A stretch of DNA of 64,000 nt from contig OZ059896.1 in the NCBI GenBank assembly GCA_964057225.1, positions 6,386,001 through 6,450,000 of the forward strand, in the 5' to 3' direction. The translations under genes and the position numbers were made by a program. This document shows positions 55,745 to 64,000 of the stretch, in pieces (positions within the stretch are counted from its first letter, which is position 1; each line of letters begins with the position of its first letter). The notes under the pieces are model-generated. The model searched no databases. It was not told where the DNA came from and saw only the letters and a list, made by a program, of their open reading frames with translations. This stretch comes from Auanema rhodensis (Eukaryota; Animalia; Nematoda).

Positions 55745-56976
55745 ATCTGTCTCTTCTTCAACATATTCTCCCTTTTACTTACTTTGTATATCATTCTATT
55801 TCTCTTTGTAGTTCTTTGATTGGCATTAACCACATGATATAAGAAAGTTGATAATTATTTCTTTCATTTTTTGAATTAACTTTTAAGTTTTGAATGAACA
55901 ATAGCATTTTTTTCATTTACAGACACCTGATGACTTTAAGAGCAACAAATAGAATTTTCTATATTTACTAATTAGTGAATGGAAAATAATAGAAACAGTT
56001 TTTGAATTGATCATCTCCGTATAGTCCTTTATCATCTTCTCACCTTCAATTTTTCGCGTCAATCGTCTGAGAGAATCATCTGACCATCTGACTGTCCGTC
56101 CGCTGACCCAGGCAAAGACCATCAGCACCAATATTCTTCTACCATTAACCACAGTCGCGTCCTATTGATTTGTAATGTCCCACTCTACCCTCCCCTCCTC
56201 CCCGTCATTCCCTTCTCCTACTCCCACCTCACTTTTCCCTCTTCTTCATCCTCTTCTCTCAGCCTATCCGCCTGTTTTTCACCATTACCTGCTCTCTATC
56301 CCTCGTTTGACTACCTCCTGACCTTCTCCAATCTGTGTTTTCCATATGAAATCGAATATTAATGATACATTTCTGTGGCGAGATGCCCATTCATTCGTAT
56401 ATACGTTTCCACTATTACTTTTCGTCGTCTTCGTTGTACTCGATAACGCCGAGGCCGTTGCTTCATGCAGTGTGTATGACTTTACCTTCAGTATACTAAG
56501 CTAATTTTTAGTTCTCTAATGAATGACTGTATTTGCTTCAAATTAAGTAAATTGATCAAGTTTTCTTTTTTTACTTCAAACTGCCGTTCTAAATCTTTTT
56601 TAACATTTTTAACTGCAAAGTGAGCAACAAGTACTTTACTGAATCGCAAAAACAAATATACACGTGTGCCGGTTTTTCGTGGGCGTCTTCTCGTCAAAAC
56701 GTCTTTTTCTTAATTGTTTTTTTTAACTTTCTGTCTTCTTTGTTTAAGATATTTAAAGCCTAAACCTACTTAAGTAGTCATAAGTTAGTTCTATTTTTTT
56801 GGGTACGGTGTGCGAACTTATACACTAAAATGCACAAAAATAGCGACGGAAATTATTAGCTTTTCTGATTTTTTGAGATTTTAGCCGCATAGAAATGCCT
56901 TAATTTTTTATTTTTCAACTTTCTTCTTATTTGTCTGTAATTGTTAAATATAAATATACTAAATTTTTTGATTTAG

Positions 56977-59900
56977 ATGGGTGATGAGCTGGAAAAGGTC
57001 CGGGCTGAAGTTGCCCGCCTCGCCGCATCTTTGGAAGAAGCAACAGCGGATAAAATCAAAGTTTGTTATTATTTTTTTAAAAATTTCAATTTTGGAGGTA
57101 TTTCAATTTAAGAAATACTATATAATTTTGTTTTTTTGAATCATTGATGCCATTAAATTATCGTTTCTAGGCTGCAGAATATGGAATGCTTCTACTAGAG
57201 GAAAAGCAAGATCTCCAACAAAAATTAAAAATTTTACAAGAACAATATGAAGCTTCTAAGTATGAAGTTGAACAAGCTAATCAGGTGATCGATTTTAATT
57301 TTTTGTATTTGATTTTATAAATTATTTTCAGTTACTCGTTGAGTTCCGTACGCACCATAAAGCTGCAACGAAGACAGAATTGGAGAATGAACAAACTCTT
57401 TTGGAGGTAACTTTAGTTTTAAACAAATTTCTGTTAAATTTTACATTGAAGGAAAGCAGTCGTAAGGAGCAAGAACTTTTGAATCACATTTCAAAGCTGG
57501 AGGCAGATCTAAGGAATACAGAGCAGGTTTGTATAATTCTAGGAAATTATATCAGAATCATGTTTCTTAAATATTATGATTCATATTTTTATTTTCAGGA
57601 ACTGAATCGGTCTAAATCAGAGCTGGAGAGATTGCAAACTGAACACATCTCAGCTTCAGAATCTGGTCACCTATTAGACGAAGAACGCAGAAAACTTCGT
57701 GCCGAGTTAAAAGAGCTCAAGGAACGAGAACAAAGAATTATGACTGACTTCACAGAACTCGAAGAGGAAAATATTAATTTGCAATCGACTGTTGCTAATT
57801 TAAGAGGAGCTCAAGCCGAATTTGAAGCCTTAAAGATGACTTGCTCTCGTTACCTTGATGAAATATATATGCTGAATGCTGCTGTACAAGAAAGTGAAAC
57901 TTTAAAAAATATTGCAGATAAACAAGTATATCTGAATTACTCTGTTAATATTATTCAAATACTTTCTCTTAGGTTGAAGAAGCTCTCCTAACAGCTCAAC
58001 AAGAAAGGGAACAACGCTTAGCAATCAAGAGGGAATTAGAAGCTGCAAGAAATGCTGAGCATCTTAGTAGTTTGACAGGAATGTTGCAAGATTTAGAGAG
58101 ACTTAATGAGGTATTTTTTGTTGTTTTTTCTTTTTCATTGTATATATATTAAGGAAGGATGTGTACCACAGCCATGCAATGATTTGTATAGTGAGCTTCA
58201 AGGTAGTACTGATGATAAAGTATGTTTTTGATTCTCATTATCATTCAATACTTTTTTTTCTTAAGGTCAAAGAATTGGAAGCTGCGAATGAAAATTTAAA
58301 TGAAAAATTGAAAGATATGGAAAAATCTTCAATAGATATTGTACTTGCTCTAATGAGTAAATTAAACATTCAATATAACGGAGGTATATTTGTAATTATT
58401 TAAACATAATTATATGAATTATTTTTAGAACTTGATTTTTTACATGCTCGTCAACAAAAAGATGTTGTTTTGGAAAAAATTGAACAATTACTCAAGGTAA
58501 TAAGTTCTGTATGATAACATTATTTAAAATTACTGTTCAGGGAACAAGTGTTGAAAGTTCCGTAGACAAAAAAGTTCATTCACAAAGAAATGATATTAGA
58601 ACATTATTATTACTTGCTGGTGAGAAAAATGCTATGTTGGCTGCTACACAAGATGCCATGATTCAACTATCGGATCAACTTTATCAAGTTTATCATCAAT
58701 TGGTACAAAATCACGGACTGACCTGTGATAAGTCTGTTATCGAAGTAATCATCTAATCGTCGTTTGTACATGAGTAATAATTTTTTGTAAGGTCGTTCAC
58801 AAACTTCGGCAGCTCGCAAAGGATAATGCTGAAGATTTACCCAAGGTTTCTTTGGCTGATGAAGGTGTTGAAAGTGGAACTGAAACTGACACGGGAACCA
58901 GAGCTATTCCTTTCCAAGCAGATCGTGTTGTAAGCAAATAATTTTATTCTTCGTAGTATTGTTTATTAATTTTAAAGATGCTTGCTCCGTCGTTTATCAG
59001 AGATATTGATTCTCGACTTAATAGTTGCAAGGTTTCTGAAGTAGCCAGCGACACTGATCTTCGGCAACGAGTTCTTACAGGTGAGAAACTGTTTCTCATA
59101 TTTACTTTTCCTCAATTTAACTTTTCTAGATGGAAGTGCTGTTTCTGAAACTACTGACAGTATGAAGAAATTACTTACTTCTGTGAAGCGAGCTACCGAG
59201 CAAGCTCTTAATCAAGCCGTTGCTTCGACGGGAGATAATGAGGAAATTATCATGCAAAATATGAAGTTGAGAAGTCAATTGAGTACTAAGAGGTATAGTT
59301 TTATTCAAGTAAAGCATATTAGTGACTTCCATGGTTTAGGGACCAAATCAGCACTTTACGAACGGTTTTAAAGTCTAACAAACTTACCGCCGAATCTGCT
59401 TTGGCTTCTTTGAAAGAGAAGTATGAAAGCGAAAAGAAAACTAATCAAGTATTTTTTGTTTTATAATTTTATTTTGTATATCTATATTCAGGAACTTGCT
59501 GAAAGACAACGAAAGGAGCTCAAGCAACTTAAAGAGGATGCTGCTACCTTTGCAAGTCATCGTGCTATGTTTACCGCTCGATGTGAAGAACTTCAAGCTC
59601 AGGTTTATTAGTTAAAGTTAATGTCACAAATGCAAATTATTCTAGGTTGAGGAACTAAATGCTGAGCTCAAAGCCAGTGAAGATGAAAAGAAAACTTTGA
59701 ATCAGCTTCTCAGGCTAGCAATTCATCAGAAATTAGCTCTCAACCAAGTCTGTTTATTTCTTTATTTCTTCTAAAACTTATGTTTGATCACTTTAGCGAC
59801 TAGAAGATGTTGAAATAGATCGAGATAGTCGACAGGCTTTGAAGAGAACTAATAATAAAGCTACATCAGGAAATCGAGATGTGAGATTATTTCTTATGTT

Positions 59901-60017
59901 TTTGATTGAACATGAAATTTACTTTTTCAGACCTATCAACCAAGAGCTGTACGGTATCCCCAATCACAACAAGCGCCCTCGGGGGGCAGGGGAGGGGTGA
60001 AGAGAGAAAACAACTAA
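56977..60017 (+). CDS. bicd-1: Bicaudal-D dynein cargo adaptor
   Basis: [28 protein letters not shown]|[12 protein letters not shown] (CC1 box); [30 protein letters not shown]; [13 protein letters not shown]|[32 protein letters not shown]; [24 protein letters not shown]; [23 protein letters not shown]|RLEDVE. The ATG directly follows a TTTAG acceptor. Confidence 0.96.
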
Positions 60018-60048
60018 GTAAATTTTTTTATTTTGTCTCTTCTTAAGT

Positions 60049-60711
60049 ATGAAAATTCTAGATCACTGCGACAGCTATTGTCCGTTACTTGACATGTCAT
60101 CTGAAGTAATTGACAATGCTCTTCCCCCCGATGACCCGCATAGGTTTGTTTTAGAAAACATTAAATTCTCATCAAAGTTAAAGAAAGCGATGAAGCATTC
60201 ATATTCTGGTTTCCTCCGAAATATTCTTCAAACTTTGTTTTTGTGAAAGAAGAAAAACCAATTGAAATGATACAATTCAGAGTCAAATATCTAAATCTTC
60301 GAATTCCGGAAACTTTAACATAAAAAAAAAGATTTTTTTTCTGATATTCAATTTTAAAAAATTCAAATTTAAAATTTATTTTATTGAAATTATTTTAAAG
60401 AAAAGTTGAAACTCAAATGATTGATTCACATTTTTCATTATGACTCAAATTTAAATATTACAAGTTGAATATTTAGATAATTTGGTGTCTTGACATCACA
60501 ATTTGAATTTTATTTCAGGAGTGGACCGCTGTCGCGCATAGAAGCTGAAAGGCGTATCTCAAGCGCTATTGCAGAATTGCGTGCCCAACTAGAGGCTCCT
60601 CGTTTATTTGCCGGTATTGAGCTGGTAGTTCTCTTTTTCTCTATTCCTGTGGTTATGATCTATTTGGCTGTTATTATGCGTCAATTAGATTCAAATGTTA
60701 CAAATTTCTAA
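60049..60711 (+). CDS. Two-exon ORF (~95 aa) with short coiled coil and C-terminal transmembrane helix; either a separate small gene or alternative 3' exons of bicd-1
   Basis: Exon 60049-60143 (MKILDHCDSYCPLLDMSSEVIDNALPPDDPHR, donor AG|GTTTGT) joins in phase to a TTTCAG acceptor at 60518 (SGPLSRIEAERRISSAIAELRAQLEAPR-LFAGIELVVLFFSIPVVMIYLAVIM-RQLDSNVTNF*). Confidence 0.6.
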
Positions 60712-61778
60712 ATTTTCTCTTCATATTCGTTCTAATCTCTTATATACCTGGTTTTCTATTTGACACATAGTCAGAATTTAATTCTGCGCGTGACGTATCA
60801 TGCTTCTCAAAAAAAAACATACATTTTGCCAAGAGTTCTGAACATATAATCATTTTATTTCTAGTCTTTAACAAAAATTTGTTTATATCATAATTTTATT
60901 ATATATATTTTTATTTCATATTGCCCATATATGGCATTAATCTTATTCAGAGCTAAAAATCAAGATTATATACTGGGTATATTTTGCACTGAAAACCAAT
61001 TTTGGGCGCGTTCTTCGTAGGTTTTGCTCATTTGTTAGCCATGCGGTCATCGCTACAACTGTTATACACTTTCAAAAATTTACTCGTTTCTAATATATTT
61101 TCTAATAATACATGAAAACTGCAAAGTTTTGTTTAAAAAATATTGAAATGTTATTGTTTTAGATAAAATTTGTATAATTCTCTTAACATTGTACTACTAT
61201 ACGATCATGGTCACTAAGCATGCGTGCCTTCAATTCTGTTTGGTTAATACAATGATTTGAATATGATTTTTTTCTTTAATTTTTTATTTTATATGATTAT
61301 ATCACAAAAAATAATATAAAACTTTATTCAGGCTTAAAAATGCAGCATAATATGAAATATATTCAAAACCTCCTAACATGGAGAACTTAAATTATGCCTT
61401 TTTTTTAACTCTGGCACTATAGTTGTGAACGATTAAGAGAATTCTCAGAAATAGAATAATGGAAATTGGAAGTTTAATATTCAAAGCTTTATTTATATGA
61501 GAATGATATGCAATAATAGATTAAATGAAGGGATTTTCTTGCACCCGTGATTACAATCAAAGTTTCTAGAGATCAGAAATAGGAGAAGAAAAAGGTTAAG
61601 TAGGCGGTAATGGTCATGATAAGTAATTAATTTGAAATTTATACATATAAGTACTATAGTACTTGAATATATTTATAATATAATTTCGGTATATTGTAGT
61701 ATTTAAGATAATATATTTGAAAACAAATTATTAATTTCTATTTTTTCTTTTTTTTTTATTTTAAAGTTGGTTAGTGAA

Positions 61779-63208
61779 TTAAAATTCAGTAGCTGCTGTA
61801 TGAGATGGAAGAAGTGAAGGTCTTGCATTGCTTGATAGTATTGCTATATAATCTCCCCGATTAGAACGAACTCGTGGTAACCATCGGAATGCGTAACGAA
61901 AGCCCACTCGAAATCTGTAAATTTAAAATATAGAATGAATGTTGTAATGATATTCAGTTATAGTTATTGTATTTTCTCATAATAATGTATATATTACCTT
62001 TTATTCATAAAATAATAGATGACAGGGTTGAAAACAGTTGAAGACATTCCTAACCAATATATATTTATATAAATATATAATTGTGTCTAAAACAGTATTT
62101 ATAAATAAAAATTAAGAATATTAAACTAATCAAACCATGTGATCATTTGGTTTCGGAAGAAAATCAGCTAGGACGAAGTAGGTGTTATACGGAAACCAAA
62201 CAACCATAAAAATGAAAACTACTAGTCCTAACATGACGGATGCCTATAGTATATCAATTTAATTTATGACATCTTGTACAAAGTTTGATGAATAATCATT
62301 TATTATAGATTATAACTTACTCTTCGTTTTGCTGCTATAGATTTAGCGTGCTGCGAATCTCCAACACATTTACTTTTACGTAGAACAGTTCCAACTCGAA
62401 AATAAGCGCAAGCCAAAATGAGTAATGGTATAAAGTACTGAACTATTACCAGTCCAGATGTATATCTTAAATTATAAAATTTAAAACAAAAACTTTCTTT
62501 TTGAGTTTTTTTTAGACTTTTCCACTAAATTTTTAAAAGTTTTCAATGCAATTTTCTTGGAATCCATATTATGTCTTACATCTTCTGGTTTGACTTATTT
62601 TGCAACACTAACAATGATATAATCTCATTTTTCTTTCAGAAAAATCATGGATCATTAGAACTTTGAATTTATCTTGTATCTCTCTAGAGAGACTTCAGGC
62701 ATTGATATACGGAAACAGCAACAGCAAATGACACTAAGAACGGAGAGCGACATAAGAAACTCACAATTTGCCCCAAGGGTATTCTACCGGATAATTATCT
62801 GCCATACATACAATGTGTTCATACAATGTTTCTCCGTCATAAAAATATTGACGTTCAATCTGGAAGTTGTCATGTTAATACGTTTCTTCAAGTACAAATA
62901 TATATACTTTGGAAAAGAAGTAGCTTGGTAAACCACATAGTATTGCTAACAGCCAAACTGCCCAAATTGTAGCTCCAGTAGATCTTCGGCTCATACGAGG
63001 TCTTAATGGATGAACAATAGCCCAATATCTAAAATAAAATTTTAATAAATATTTATATTTCATAGATCTCAGTGCTTAGAAGTTAAATTATATTTTCTAA
63101 TGAAAAGGTTAATACCTGTCAATGCTCATGGCTATCATTGTGAAAACACTTGCACATATTGGAGTAATACCCATAAGATTATTCACACGACAGTAATAAA
63201 GTCCAAAT
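61779..63208 (-). CDS. Tachykinin-receptor-like neuropeptide GPCR (TM3-TM7 and tail); 5' exons not found in the window
   Basis: FGLYYCRVNNLMGITPICASVFTMIAMSIDR|YWAIVHPLRPRMS (DRY); QYFIPLLIL; FMVVWFPYNTYF; YINIYWLGMSSTVFNPVIYYFMNKR|FRVGF (NPxxY). Resembles C. elegans tkr-1, but orthology is not verified. Confidence 0.9.
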
Positions 63209-64000
63209 CTGAAAATATATTTGTATAGATTAGTGAATAAGTAAATTAGTAAATAGAAATATATATATATATATATATAAAACTCTATATTATACTCTGA
63301 ATCCCTTTGAAATAGTCTAGGACAACTTTGATCAAGTTTTAGAGAACGAACATAACCATAAAGTATGATGTCTCCTTCTATATATCTTATTTTCTTCTTA
63401 AGTGTTTCTCAAAAAGTTCTACTTTTTGTCACATTCAGTTCTATCGTTTTCCTTATATCTCTATCTCTATCCCTCTTTCTTTCTTTCTCTCTCTCTCTCT
63501 CAGCGAAAAAAGAAAAAAATGCTATGCATATCAACGACTATTTTTTTCTGTTTTACATCTATTTCAATTTTTTCCAGATAAATTGTTTGAAAAAATAGAT
63601 GCATAAAGCCTATATGATGGCATTTGGTCTGAAAATGGTCTAATCTCTAGAGAGATTTGACTTAGTTTCTCATCAATATGTCTACGTATCCTTTAACATA
63701 AACAGAAATATATAAGATATATATAGTCTAAAGTATATGTACTTCGATAATTTATCATATTTGATCATTATTTGAAACCTTTAGTCATCTTCAAATGAAC
63801 AATATTGAATGTTAAGTTCATGTCTGTTGTATATCAACGATTGTTTTAGTCTCAAATAAAGTATAATCATGATTAAAGCACATAACTAGAACATGAAGTG
63901 AACCCCAAAAAATGAAATTTCCTTGTTTTCATGGGGAATATCATGATGTTTCAATCTATCTCTATATGAAATCTTGTACTTTATATGTTATGAAAAACTT

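Noticed and set aside
55479-56700. Short ORFs between unc-30 and bicd-1
   Set aside because: Driven by the CT microsatellite or purine/pyrimidine tracts; no coherent spliced model or recognisable domain could be built.

Overview
AT-rich nematode genomic DNA: ~45-55 nt introns, TTTCAG/TTTTAG acceptors and C. elegans-like genes suggest a clade V rhabditid (inference). The window has three sharply separated compartments. (1) 1-23720 is a homogeneous 200-bp satellite array (~118 monomers, continuing off the left edge) with subfamily domains and higher-order duplications. (2) 23721-~25410 is a decayed Polinton/Maverick remnant (protein-primed PolB and adenain-type protease pseudogenes), followed by a small GC-rich palindromic island at ~25447-25493. 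(3) 25700-64000 is ordinary gene-dense DNA: a secreted Pro/Ala/Ser/Tyr-repeat, Cys-rich matrix protein, OXLD1-like, srgp-1, a bestrophin, unc-30/Pitx, bicd-1, a small TM-containing ORF abutting bicd-1, and the 3' part of a tachykinin-receptor-like GPCR. The layout resembles a germline-restricted/somatic boundary of nematode programmed DNA elimination, which is a hypothesis here. A possible membrane-anchored BicD isoform is the most novel gene-level signal. All gene models were spliced by hand, so exon boundaries are approximate.
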